A DNA stretch of 64,000 nucleotides, from positions 1,622-65,621 of IMG/VR virus record IMGVR_UViG_3300027690_000119. One strand, written 5' to 3'. The notes beneath the pieces are model-generated. The model made no database searches. It saw nothing but the letters and a program-made list of their open reading frames with translations, and was not told the DNA's origin. Positions 1-9,400 of this stretch are shown here, one piece after another. Source of the DNA: a virus. Made by a program: the position numbers and the translations under genes. Numbering within the stretch: position 1 is the first letter of the stretch; each line of letters starts with the position of its first letter.

Positions 1-615
1 CATGGGTCTACACGAGGCATCCGGATGCAGCAGGCAGCAGGTTTCCAGGAACTCCCGCACGGTTTCATCCTTCATCCGCAGCGAAAGGGAAACCGACCTG
101 ACACCGAAACTGGTGGTAGGTCCCCTGCCGGGCAGAGAATCCGCCGGGGCGTCACCATATGCAGCCGCCATGCCCCGCACTGCCGAATTGACAGACCCCA
201 GCAGCTCCATCAACTGAGAGATCGCTTCCATCCTGGCCTGCTCCGCGGCAGCTTCGCCGTCCGGCGCGACATATTGCCCGGTTTTTCGGATGGAGGGAAG
301 CACCTCGTGCGTGACCCACCGGCGGAACGGTTTGGCCGCCTCCTTGTTGGATCGGATAATCAGGGTGTAGAGTCCGGATTCGGAGATCACGTTCACGTTG
401 GGATTCCCCGGTTGACCATTTTCAGAATCAATACCCTCAGAAATTCTTAGGGTATTCTTCTCATCTTCGTCCAAATTCCTTACCGCCTCCGTTGGATTAA
501 CCAGGCCGAGAATTACACAAACATCTTTAGCAACAAACCAGGGCAGGCCATCTTCATCCTGGACCACTCTTACCTTTTTCGACTCATACTCAAACGGGAT
601 TACTCTTGTTTCCAT
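1..615 (-). CDS. BRO-N family antirepressor (runs off left edge)
   Basis: Manual translation from ATG at 615: METRVIPFEYESKKVRVVQDEDGLPWFVAKDVCVILGL...ISESGLYTLIIRSNKEAAKPFRRWVTHEVLPSIRKTG (BRO-N signature). GGAG RBS upstream. Not in the ORF track because it lacks a stop in the window. Confidence 0.9.
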   Translation of the reverse strand, partial: METRVIPFEYESKKVRVVQDEDGLPWFVAKDVCVILGLVNPTEAVRNLDEDEKNTLRISEGIDSENGQPGNPNVNVISESGLYTLIIRSNKEAAKPFRRWVTHEVLPSIRKTGQYVAPDGEAAAEQARMEAISQLMELLGSVNSAVRGMAAAYGDAPADSLPGRGPTTSFGVRSVSLSLRMKDETVREFLETCCLLHPDASCRPM

Positions 616-676
616 TGTCTCATTCTCCTTGTGGTTTTAGTGTCTTCAATACCAGCCTTATTTCCAAACAAAAAAA

Positions 677-742
677 GGCCCGACTGGTACTAACGCCCAC
701 AAGAAGCGCCCCGGACCTCGCGGTATCCGGGCCAGTCGAGCC
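677..742 (-). ncRNA. C4-like antisense RNA #1
   Basis: Closing stem GGCUCGACUGG/CCAGUCGGGCC, inner hairpin with GCGA loop, and CUUGUGG-gcg-UUAGUA complementary to direct repeats (T/C)ACTAAAACCACAAG at 811-825 and 628-641 (the latter overlaps the RBS). Followed by a U-run. Confidence 0.75.
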
Positions 743-831
743 CGCAATTCAGCTCAGAGATTATCCCCCCTTTCGCGGCCATATTCGGCGCCGCAGAGCA
801 GGGACGCTCTCTTGTGGTTTTAGTAGTTATT

Positions 832-860
832 CCCATATCAGACCTTTTTTCCCGTGTCAA
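832..860 (-). promoter_or_regulatory. Probable sigma70 promoter for the C4 #1/BRO operon
   Basis: TTGACA (860-855), 17 bp spacer, TGn-TATGGG extended -10 (imperfect). Confidence 0.5.
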
Positions 861-890
861 GGAGCTTTTTTTATATTGCCATGTCGCACA

Positions 891-1274
891 CTATTTCCCT
901 TTAAACGGGCGCCTGGTCCACGAATACAATTTTCCGTTGTTAAAATAACACGTTAATACAGTATCGCCGGTTACCCGCCACGATCCGATTTCAACCCCCT
1001 CAATATACTCATAAATCCTGATCCAATACCGTTCGTTATACGTCTCCCGCCAGCCAAATTCCGTATACCTTCCGGTCCAAACTTCCCTGATCATTTCTTT
1101 ATTGTAGGCGCTATCGGGCGGGCCAAATGCCGAAATCACCTCCTGTTCCGTCATCCCAACCCGCAATATATCGACAGGTTTTTTGGCGTTACATATACCT
1201 TCCAAAGAAAACAGGACTAAAATGGACACAAAGAAAACCACCCTGATCCAACCCAACCCCCAACTCGCTTGCAT
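891..1274 (-). CDS. Exported SmpA/OmlA(BamE)-like small protein
   Basis: N-terminal hydrophobic segment; LRVGMTEQEVISAFGPPD motif. Confidence 0.6.
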   Translation of the reverse strand: MQASWGLGWIRVVFFVSILVLFSLEGICNAKKPVDILRVGMTEQEVISAFGPPDSAYNKEMIREVWTGRYTEFGWRETYNERYWIRIYEYIEGVEIGSWRVTGDTVLTCYFNNGKLYSWTRRPFKGK

Positions 1275-1596
1275 CTCAACACCCCCCCTCTTTTTTTAAT
1301 TTTTAGCAGTATTTCCGCCTATTTTCTTTTCAAACCCCGTCCGCCGTGTCAAGGAAATTTCTTGACAAACGGAAAAAATCGGATGCATAACACTCCTATC
1401 CATAAAACTCGGCAACTTTTCACCCCACAGCCCAATCGATAGCGCGGCTTAGGCACCTCCTCAACCCATCCTCTTTTCCCGTAACAATGTTGACTCGAAG
1501 AGCGATTGGCAAATTCCTGGAATATGTTTTCTTAAACTGCAATATCAAATCGGTTTAATAATAGTGTTGTCGGGTAAAATCTTAAACGGAGACGAC

Positions 1597-1878
1597 ATGC
1601 GAATACTGAGACTCAACCTGAAGCGCAAATGGTGGGAACAAATCCGAGACGAGGAAAAGACCGTTGAGTTTCGCACCGCAACCGAATACTGGAGAAAGCG
1701 CCTGATAGGGCGCGAGTACGACGAAATACACCTCTGCCTGGGATACCCGAAACGCGAAGACGAAAGCCGCACATTGCGCCGCAAATGGAGGCTGGTGACA
1801 AAGGAAACCATAATCCATGAGGAGTTTGGGCCTGAGCCGACAGAGGTATTTTGCATAGATGTTGGGTGCGCCGCGTGA
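1597..1878 (+). CDS. ASCH-domain protein (cassette gene)
   Basis: LNLKRKWWEQIRDEEKTVEFR is an ASCH-type motif. GGAG RBS. Stop codon overlaps an attC-like site. Confidence 0.75.
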   Translation: MRILRLNLKRKWWEQIRDEEKTVEFRTATEYWRKRLIGREYDEIHLCLGYPKREDESRTLRRKWRLVTKETIIHEEFGPEPTEVFCIDVGCAA

Positions 1879-1932
1879 ACACCGAATAGAGCAGACGCGA
1901 AAAAGCCTCGCTGCTCATGCTCAATTTTCGGC
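1874..1932 (+). other. attC-like site 1 (degenerate R')
   Basis: CGTGAAC...T-A-GAGCAG-A-CG...CG-CTGCTC-A...TTTCGGC: R''/L''/L'/R' layout with two extrahelical bases; the G of GTT is replaced by T. Confidence 0.65.
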
Positions 1933-1942
1933 ATAAAAACAT

Positions 1943-2587
1943 ATGACACATAAAGTAGGCATAAGACTTTCCAATACAGGTTCTGAAGAAATAGCTGAAC
2001 AAGTTGTGGAATTTACAGAAAACGAATGGATACAGATGCAAAAATACTTGCATGAGGCCAAGAAACTCCAAACAACGCAATTTATCCTGCAAAATCAAGG
2101 CGTTAATCTCAGTTTTAAATGGGACAAGGATATAGGCATCACTTGGGCTGTTGCGATTCCGCCAGTTGACGAGGTATTGGCGTTTATTCACCGTATGCGG
2201 CCACTTATTCTTCAACAGGAGCATACGTGTTTTCTTAAAACAAGAAAAATGATTGAGCGGAAGTTGCAGAAAGACGGGGACCCTCTTTTGTCATTTCTAT
2301 TGGACCTATTTCAAGGTAAGTCCATGCAAAAGCAGGTAATCATTAAATCAAATGATCAAATTGTTAATTCCGAAAAAATGCTGTTCACATGGCTTAATGC
2401 TCACGAATATCACCGAGATCATGATAAACAGGAATTCCTTGAGACACTTCATAAAATTTTACCACTTGAATGGTCACGTGGGGTATTCGTAAGCCTCCTG
2501 ATTGACAAAGCTAAAGCAATATTCATGTTGGCGGCACTGATTGAACTTATTCTTGGAGATCGTGAAACCATTTCGGTTCAACTATAG
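1943..2587 (+). CDS. Hypothetical protein, integron-type cassette gene
   Basis: 214 aa, AT-rich. ATG lies 10 nt after TTCGGC, which is complementary to the GCCGAAC R'' of the downstream attC. Confidence 0.8.
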   Translation: MTHKVGIRLSNTGSEEIAEQVVEFTENEWIQMQKYLHEAKKLQTTQFILQNQGVNLSFKWDKDIGITWAVAIPPVDEVLAFIHRMRPLILQQEHTCFLKTRKMIERKLQKDGDPLLSFLLDLFQGKSMQKQVIIKSNDQIVNSEKMLFTWLNAHEYHRDHDKQEFLETLHKILPLEWSRGVFVSLLIDKAKAIFMLAALIELILGDRETISVQL

Positions 2588-2641
2588 ACTGCTCAAAATA
2601 TAGGGATGGAGATCCACAAACAATTACAGGATGTTATGATT

Positions 2642-2730
2642 GCCGAACCGGGCGGTTCAATTGACGCCGAGAACGTCTGGGGCCTTGACGGGCAAGTCTC
2701 TTGGCGGCGCAAGCGACCTATCCGTTAGTT
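2642..2730 (+). other. attC-like site 2
   Basis: GCCGAAC-7nt-TT-C-AATTG-A-CGCC...GGCG-CAAGC-GA-7nt-GTTAGTT, matching canonical attC spacing and bulges. Confidence 0.75.
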
Positions 2731-2753
2731 CGGGATGCTTAGAGGTTCTTTTT

Positions 2754-3197
2754 GTGGCTAAGGGCTGGAAAAAGGCCGTGGGTCGGATTGTCCTTTTGAC
2801 GGTTGTGTTTGTGGGGATAGGCGGTTTTGTTCTTTGGGATTATGAGAGGGTGAACAGGGATTTTTCGAGACTGAAGGTCATGCTTCAGGATTCGCGATAT
2901 CGGGCGATCAGGGGGGACCAGGTGTTGGCGGTCCGATTTGTCGGCAAGAAGGCGGTGGTCGAAGATAGAAAGACCGGAAAGGTCATCAAGGAGCTGGATG
3001 TGCCCACCCTGGATCAGGTGAATTACGACACGAACCTTGGGGATGACATGATCATATTTGACGGGCACGGCACCTCGGCATATAACAAGCGCGAGCACGG
3101 GGGTGATGTGAGGTTGAGATCATGGCTGGGTTTCCGGAAAAACATCGCTGTGAACTGCACTGGCCTTGTGACGGAGGGCGTGTACCCCGAGAATTGA
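2754..3197 (+). CDS. FimT/GspH pseudopilin-like membrane protein
   Basis: GTG start with GAGG RBS, one N-terminal TM helix, RLKVMLQDSRYRAIRGDQVLAVRF...FDGHG pattern. No clear prepilin cleavage site. Confidence 0.45.
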   Translation: MAKGWKKAVGRIVLLTVVFVGIGGFVLWDYERVNRDFSRLKVMLQDSRYRAIRGDQVLAVRFVGKKAVVEDRKTGKVIKELDVPTLDQVNYDTNLGDDMIIFDGHGTSAYNKREHGGDVRLRSWLGFRKNIAVNCTGLVTEGVYPEN

Positions 3198-3206
3198 GGT
3201 TGGTGA

Positions 3207-3389
3207 ATGGGTGAAAAACTGGAAAAAAAGGAGATGGTGACCGCCGAGGAGCTGCTGATGTCCCAGATGATCCAATTGGACGCAGTGACCCAGCTCCTCA
3301 TTGAAAAGGGCATCTTCACCGAGGAGGAATTTTATCGGAAATTGAAGCAGGTGCAGGGGGAGTATGAGGGGAGGAGGGCGAACGTGTGA
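3207..3389 (+). CDS. Small hypothetical protein
   Basis: 60 aa, LLIEKGIFTEEEF motif, RBS present. Confidence 0.7.
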   Translation: MGEKLEKKEMVTAEELLMSQMIQLDAVTQLLIEKGIFTEEEFYRKLKQVQGEYEGRRANV

Positions 3390-3410
3390 TGCATAAGTCG
3401 TGTTCAATGG

Positions 3411-3466
3411 CCTCAACCCACCGCTGCACTTCAGGGCAAGGCGAGGCTCAAGCGAAATTTTAGAAG
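3411..3466 (+). other. Degenerate attC-like site 3
   Basis: CCTCAAC-CCACCGC-TGCACTT...CAAGCGA...TTAGAAG directly before the next ATG; right arm is truncated. Confidence 0.35.
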
Positions 3467-3475
3467 GGTAGAAGA

Positions 3476-4063
3476 ATGGCAATAAATGAAGGGGACCGTC
3501 TGCTTCACTGGAACTATTTCTTGGCACTGGAATCGGATATTGAACGGTTGGCGCGATTCGTGGAATTCACAGACAAAAATTTTCTTACGTATTCCATTGA
3601 AATGGCCCACCTCTTCTTGGCTGCTGCATCTGAAACAGAAGTTGTGGCCAAGCAACTCTGTTCGATGCTGGATTCAGCCAATAGCACCAGAAATGCAAAA
3701 GGATATTGTAACGTCCTACGAAACCGCCTGCCCGAGATTGAGAACTCTATCGTCACGATCCCGCGTTATGGCCTTGAACTACGGCCTTGGAGCGCGTTAC
3801 AGGGAGTCAAGGCACCTGATTGGTGGGATGCATATAATAGCGTAAAACATCAAAGACACGAGAACTTTGCTCTGGCAAACCTGAAAAATGTGCTTGATGC
3901 GATGGCGGGTCTGTTTCTCCTCATTCTGTACTATTATCGAGGCACCATAGAAAATCGAAGAATCGAACCGCCGCCGAGTTTGTTCACACCACCAGCTAAC
4001 TTGGCCAGGGTTTGCCCAACAGTTGGGGGACCCATGGCGCTATTTTTCAATGATAATCGCTAA
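3476..4063 (+). CDS. Hypothetical protein, possibly defence-associated
   Basis: 195 aa, helical, conserved-looking WWDAYNSVKHQR motif. Confidence 0.65.
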   Translation: MAINEGDRLLHWNYFLALESDIERLARFVEFTDKNFLTYSIEMAHLFLAAASETEVVAKQLCSMLDSANSTRNAKGYCNVLRNRLPEIENSIVTIPRYGLELRPWSALQGVKAPDWWDAYNSVKHQRHENFALANLKNVLDAMAGLFLLILYYYRGTIENRRIEPPPSLFTPPANLARVCPTVGGPMALFFNDNR

Positions 4064-4141
4064 TCTGGTGTTGGGGCCTTACCCACCAGTCCCCAGGCCA
4101 CCCCTTATCCCGGCCCGCCAGGGGCTGTCCGTTGATACCAA

Positions 4142-5011
4142 ATGAAAGATCCAAGAATCTATCTGTTGAGGATACTTCTAATCTTTTCGATCTTATTCGC
4201 TTTCTCCTCCGATGGTTTGACAAAAATGTATAAATGGGTCGATGAAAACGGCCAGATACATTGGTCAGATTCGGCCCCACCACCGGATGGAAATGCCAAT
4301 ATCCTGAAAGAGTACAATACCATTGAAGATAAGAAAGCGGCAAAAATCCCCTATAGTTCTCAGACCAAAAAGGCCGATTTCACCAAGCCAAAATCCGACC
4401 GTTGGTCTGGGAAGGTTGTTGATGTGTTAGACGGCGACACCATAGCCGTCATGAAAGGATCGGATCGTGTTAATGTCCGCCTCTATGGCATTGACACGCC
4501 TGAGAAATCCCAGTGGTACGGGCAAAATGCCAAGGCGTTCACGTCTTCTCAGGTGCTCGGAAAGGTGGTCAAGGTTGAGGGGTTGGACCTTGACCGTTAT
4601 GGACGGATTGTCGCCATTGTTTCGGTTGGGGATTTAGTCATCAACCGGCATTTGGTGGAATACGGCTATGCATGGGTGTATCGCCAATACTGCAAACAGC
4701 CATTTTGTTCAAATTGGCAGGAACTTGAAGCTGTAGCCCGTGGAAAGAAGAGGGGACTGTGGAAAAACCCGAACGCCATACCCCCTTGGGAGTATCGCCA
4801 CGCAAAGAGGACTGAATCAACGCCGCCACCTCCTCCAAAAGCCCCCGCAACAACAGAGTGCGACTGTTCAAGGGACCGCTATAATTGTTCTAATTTCAAG
4901 AGCCGCGCAGAGGCCCAGGCATGCTTCGACAAATGTGTGAGGGAAGTCGGCAGGGACATCCACAAACTTGATCGGGATGGAGACGGCAGAGTGTGTGAAT
5001 CCTTGCCATAG
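4142..5011 (+). CDS. Exported thermonuclease (SNase) with DUF4124-like N-terminus and Excalibur-like C-terminus
   Basis: Signal peptide; MYKWVDENGQIHWSDSAPP; VLDGDT, RLYGIDTPE, DRYGR SNase motifs; C-terminal YNCSNF...LDRDGDGRVCESL. Confidence 0.9.
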   Translation: MKDPRIYLLRILLIFSILFAFSSDGLTKMYKWVDENGQIHWSDSAPPPDGNANILKEYNTIEDKKAAKIPYSSQTKKADFTKPKSDRWSGKVVDVLDGDTIAVMKGSDRVNVRLYGIDTPEKSQWYGQNAKAFTSSQVLGKVVKVEGLDLDRYGRIVAIVSVGDLVINRHLVEYGYAWVYRQYCKQPFCSNWQELEAVARGKKRGLWKNPNAIPPWEYRHAKRTESTPPPPPKAPATTECDCSRDRYNCSNFKSRAEAQACFDKCVREVGRDIHKLDRDGDGRVCESLP

Positions 5012-5038
5012 CCATTTAGTGAGTGATTTCAATCTTTA

Positions 5039-5064
5039 AAAGCTCACTTCCATGAGTGAGCTTT
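5039..5064. promoter_or_regulatory. Perfect 10-bp inverted repeat between nuclease and methyltransferase (terminator or operator)
   Basis: AAAGCTCACT-tccatg-AGTGAGCTTT. Confidence 0.5.
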
Positions 5065-5080
5065 ATTTGCCCAGACAAAT

Positions 5081-5989
5081 ATGCGAGTATGCCCTATGAT
5101 CAAACCATATTTCACAACTTCACATGGAGTTCTCTACGCCGCCGATTGTCTTCAAGTCCTTTCCCAGATGAAATCGGGTGTCGTTGATACCGTTTTTGCC
5201 GATCCGCCGTTTAACCTCGGGAAGGACTACAAAAATGCGTATAACGACAAGGTGGAAAGGAAGGAGTATCTCGGTTGGTGTCGGGAATGGATACTTGAGT
5301 GTTGTCGCGTCTTGAAACCCGGAGGAGCCTTTTTCCTTTACGCAACACCTGAACTTGCGGTTCAGTTTGCCCCAATTATGGGAGAAATACTTGATTTTCG
5401 TCACTGGATTGCACTTTCAATGAAAGGAACCTTCGCGAGAGGAAAAAAGCTGTACCCGGCGCACTACGCCCTTCTCTACTATACACGGGGAATGCCGCGT
5501 GCATTCAATAAGCTTCGTTTGCCAATTGAAACCTGCCGACATTGCGGAGGCGAGATTAGAGATTATGGGGGGCATCGCAACAAGATGAATCCAGAAGGAG
5601 TAAATTTAACCGATTTTTGGGCGGATACCTCGCCCAACCGCCATAAAAAATTTAAAATCCGTCCGGGTGTCAATGAACTCAAGCTGGTTATTCCTGAGCG
5701 TGCCATCCTTATATCAACAGAACCAGGGGATATCGTCTTCGATCCTTTTGGAGGAGGAGGTTCCACCTACCAGGCCGCAGAGAAACATCATCGAAAGTGG
5801 ATTGGTACAGAGCTGTACGACTCAGAGCATATCCGAAAGCGCATTGAAGAGAATTATCCATTCTCTGCTTCAAAAAAACCAAAATACAACTTTAAGGAGC
5901 TTTTCAAAAATGAAGATAAGCAAGATGAGGTTTTATGGCGGGTCAAGGGAGAAAGTGTGTCGTCTGGGATTGGCTCAGTTATTTCTTGA
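5081..5989 (+). CDS. Type II beta-class DNA methyltransferase, M.BamHI-like (N4-cytosine)
   Basis: FADPPFNL motif IV before DPFGGGGS motif I; LYPAHYALLYY and CRHCGGEIRDYGGHRNKMNPEG closely resemble M.BamHI as recalled. Confidence 0.9.
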   Translation: MRVCPMIKPYFTTSHGVLYAADCLQVLSQMKSGVVDTVFADPPFNLGKDYKNAYNDKVERKEYLGWCREWILECCRVLKPGGAFFLYATPELAVQFAPIMGEILDFRHWIALSMKGTFARGKKLYPAHYALLYYTRGMPRAFNKLRLPIETCRHCGGEIRDYGGHRNKMNPEGVNLTDFWADTSPNRHKKFKIRPGVNELKLVIPERAILISTEPGDIVFDPFGGGGSTYQAAEKHHRKWIGTELYDSEHIRKRIEENYPFSASKKPKYNFKELFKNEDKQDEVLWRVKGESVSSGIGSVIS

Positions 5990-6467
5990 ATTACAGGAAC
6001 TCCTTTTATCCATTGAGATTTATATTCAAAACAAAAAGCAAGCTAACGGTGCAGGCCGCCTACGAGAGTTGATTGACGAGGGATTCGGTTGCTATAAAGA
6101 TTGGGTTAATTCAGCAACCGGCGATATTGATTGGGTCAAGCGAATTCGTTACAATCAAACCATCATATCGAGAATCGGAGTGGAAATTCAAGTATCGGGC
6201 AGAAGCGATCTCCTTGCGCGAGACATTGTGCATATCAGGAATAGCCTTCAAGACAGTCACATTGATGTAGGCGTTATTGTCGTTCCATCAAACGAATTGG
6301 CGTATTTTCTGACTGATCGCGTTGCCGACTTTAACTATGCCATCCGCTACGTTGAGGAGGAGCTTCGCGAGGCAAAATCTTACCCAATTGTCGTTTTGGC
6401 CATAGAGCATGATGGATTCTCAGATGAACCGCTTCCGAAAAAGAAGACTAATCTGGGAAAAGCTTAA
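5910..6467 (+). CDS. BamHI/BglII-family restriction endonuclease
   Basis: Probable start MKISK at 5910 overlaps the MTase end. D...GVEIQ active site; LAYFLTDRVADF resembles BamHI LAYYLTDRVTNF. Confidence 0.8.
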   Translation: MKISKMRFYGGSREKVCRLGLAQLFLELQELLLSIEIYIQNKKQANGAGRLRELIDEGFGCYKDWVNSATGDIDWVKRIRYNQTIISRIGVEIQVSGRSDLLARDIVHIRNSLQDSHIDVGVIVVPSNELAYFLTDRVADFNYAIRYVEEELREAKSYPIVVLAIEHDGFSDEPLPKKKTNLGKA

Positions 6468-6489
6468 TACTCCATGGCGCGTGGCGTTA

Positions 6490-9400
6490 TCACGCCCTTT
6501 TTCGTTGCGCTTCCCCCCACATCTGCCGCTTCACCCGTGACCGTGCCCGCTTGCGGGCCGCGTTGACGATATCGCGGACCACCTCGGCCTTGCGGGCGTC
6601 CGGCATGCGCGACCATTTGTCCGTGCCCACAATCTGTCTGAGCCTGCTGAACGTCAGGGCGCTCGATCGCTCCATATACGCCTCGTACTGGTCGTCGGTC
6701 ATCTGCCTGGGAGTGCCGCCGATGGAAATGGTCCGCGCCGGGGGTCCCATGGGGAGAACCCCGGCCGTCTTGAGCCGGTTGATCTCCTGCATGGCCCGGG
6801 CATGGGCCGGATCGGTCGAGACCACCGGGGGCTTCAAGAATTCCGCCAGGGCCTGGGGCGTCATCTTCTTCACCACTGCGGGGAGGTGCCTGGCTGCATC
6901 CTTGTAAACGGCGCTATACCAGTGCGTTGCCCGGTCCAGGCTCTCCCGCTCCTCCGTTGACAGGCCTTTCAAAAACGTCTCCCGGTCCTTGACGCCGATC
7001 CCCCACAGGGGACTCGCGGCCCGCACGCTGGCATCCATCCCCTGGAGGCTTCCGCCCAGCTCCGCATACTTCTCCAGATAGCCGTGGGCCGCCTTCAGGT
7101 CCCCGTACCGGAGGGCCTGCTTGTAATAATAGAGGGCGTTGGCCGTGTCGCTCGGGATCACGGCGGAGGGTTCTTTCTGCCGTTTTTTCTGCCAGTCGAT
7201 CACGGCCTTGCGCGTGTTCCAGTAGGCCATCTCGCCCGGGTCCGCGGTGTAGAATCCCATGGACAGCACATCGTTCCACAGCCGCTGGGCCACGTCCCGG
7301 CCCCGCTTGGGCTTGCCTGCGGCCCACTGATAGGGCTTTTGCAGACTGAATATGCTCGCCACGTGCTCCCATTTGTCCCTTATCGGCCTCGGAAACTCGG
7401 GATCCGGGAACAGGGACCGGCCCATGATCAGCTCGGCCGCGCCCTTCACGTCCGGCCTGGAGGCCAGCAGGAGCCTTTGCCCCGGGGCCTTCATCATCTC
7501 CTTCACCTGATCGCCCCCGGTCTTCTTTCCCTCGGCCATCTCTTCCAGGTCTTTTACCGCATCCTGAAGATTCAACCACTCCAGGGCGTCGGCCAGGGCG
7601 CCCTCGAACCGCAGAGAAACAATGCTCCCGTCCTCGCGCCGACCCAGTATAATATGGAGGTCCCGCCGCTGGATCTCATCCATCTCGTCATCCTCATCCG
7701 GGAACATGAGCCGGTTCCAGAGCATAATCGCGCCGTAGAGCATGGAGGCCTTTATCCCCAGAACGGCCCCTCTCCATCCAAGCTGAATCCCCATGGCCGC
7801 CAGCCCCCGGGCCGCCGACTTCCCTTCATGGGGGAGGTTCCACATGAGCCGCACATACCGGGGCGCGTTGATCTCCAACCAGCTCCAGAAGGGAAGCGCG
7901 TAACTCCTGAGCCACTGCCCCCCCTTGCTCACGTTGCCGTAATCGCCGATCAGCTCCCGCGCCAGTTTGGCCGCGATCTCCTCCCTTTTAGCCCCGGCCT
8001 GTCGAAGGGCCTCGATCTCCTTGCGCGACGAGGCCCCCACCAGGTCCTTGCCCGGTACGCGGCCTGCCTGGATCTGATCCTTGAAATACCGGTATGCGGC
8101 CAGGCGGAGGAGATTTTCCCGAAACACGGTAAATCGCTTGATGTTCTTCCAGTATTTCTGGGCCAGGTTTTCCTTGTTCATGAGGACATTCAGGAGTCCT
8201 TCCTTTTCCAGAAACCGGGTTACGTCGTGGGCCTCCTGCAAGGCCCAGCCCGACCCCAACACATCGCGCTCCCGGGCCTCGGCCAGCTCGGCAGCCACCT
8301 CTTTGGATGGAGCCTTGACCGCCAGGTCCTTGACCGCCCTGGGAAGGTAATGGGAGATGATTTTAGGCGCATAGGCCATGGCAATGTCCAGGTCGCCCGA
8401 CATATTGTTGATGTTGTACTTGATGACCCGGAAGGGATTGAGGAGGATCCACTGTTTCCATCCGCCCTGGGCGATCCGCAGTCCCTTTGAGATCACGTCT
8501 CCGGACGGGGGTTCCTGGAAATGATCCAGGGTATGGGCCACCTCTTTGGGAATCACCCATTTTTTGCCGGGGACCCGGGCGAACACGTGGGCCACCCGCT
8601 CGGGGATCGGTTTCTGTCCGCTTCGCATCTGCTCCAGCATCTGGTCGGTGACGGCATTGACCGCAAACCATACCCCGTCCGGCCTGGGGTCCCATGCCAC
8701 ATACCCCTCCGGGATCATGTCCCGCCACGTCTTGAGGTCCTTGCCCAGGGTCTCCTCGATGAGCCGGTTCCGTTCGAGAATTGCCTTGAAGATGCCAGCC
8801 GCCTGCTTGGATCCTGCGCCGGGATTGGCCAGGAGATGGGCCAGGAAGGGAAACCAGCGGGGATGGTCGAAAGAGAGGGACGGCCTCGGCTCGCCCGTCC
8901 CTCGTTTGCCGCCCGCCTCTTTCCACTCGGCCACATCTTCGAGATACTCCCGGTGGGCCTCGGCCATGTCGCTCACCACATCCTCGAATCCCGTGCCCGC
9001 CGCCTCGTACAGTCCCCCGGATTTCACCTCGTCTCCGGCCATCTGGATGAGTTCGCCGGTATTGATGGCGATGCGCTGCCTGAAGGGGGCCAGCGGATCT
9101 TCCAGCGGGTTGGGATTGCGTCGGTACAGCTCCGTCAGGTTGGCGTGCTTGGCGGCCTGCTTGCAGGATGAAAAGATGTCGGCCCGCTCCTCAATGGTGT
9201 CCATGGCGGCCTTGACGTCAAGCTGGTGGAGGGCCTGGGAGATGACCTCGAATTCGCTTTCAACATACTCCGTGGAATAGTCCAGCAGGCTTCCCTTGCG
9301 GGCACGCTGCCAGCCCTGGCGGTGGAGCCGCACGTCCTTTTCGCGGGCCTTTTCCTTGAAACGGTATTCCTGGTCCAGATTTTCCAGGGCGCGATACAAC

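Noticed and set aside
4056-4135. Possible fourth attC after the 195-aa gene
   Set aside because: Hairpin present, but R''/L''/L'/R' spacing and AAC/GTT pairing do not fit.
1-6490. Left att site (duplicate of the tRNA-Ala 3' end)
   Set aside because: No match to TGGTGGAGCTGATCGGGATCGAAC found by eye; the boundary cannot be placed.
7084-8490. Long plus-strand ORFs opposite the giant gene, portal (35804-37039) and capsid (32082-33032)
   Set aside because: Antisense shadows of GC-rich codon usage; no motifs, and they fully overlap well-supported genes.
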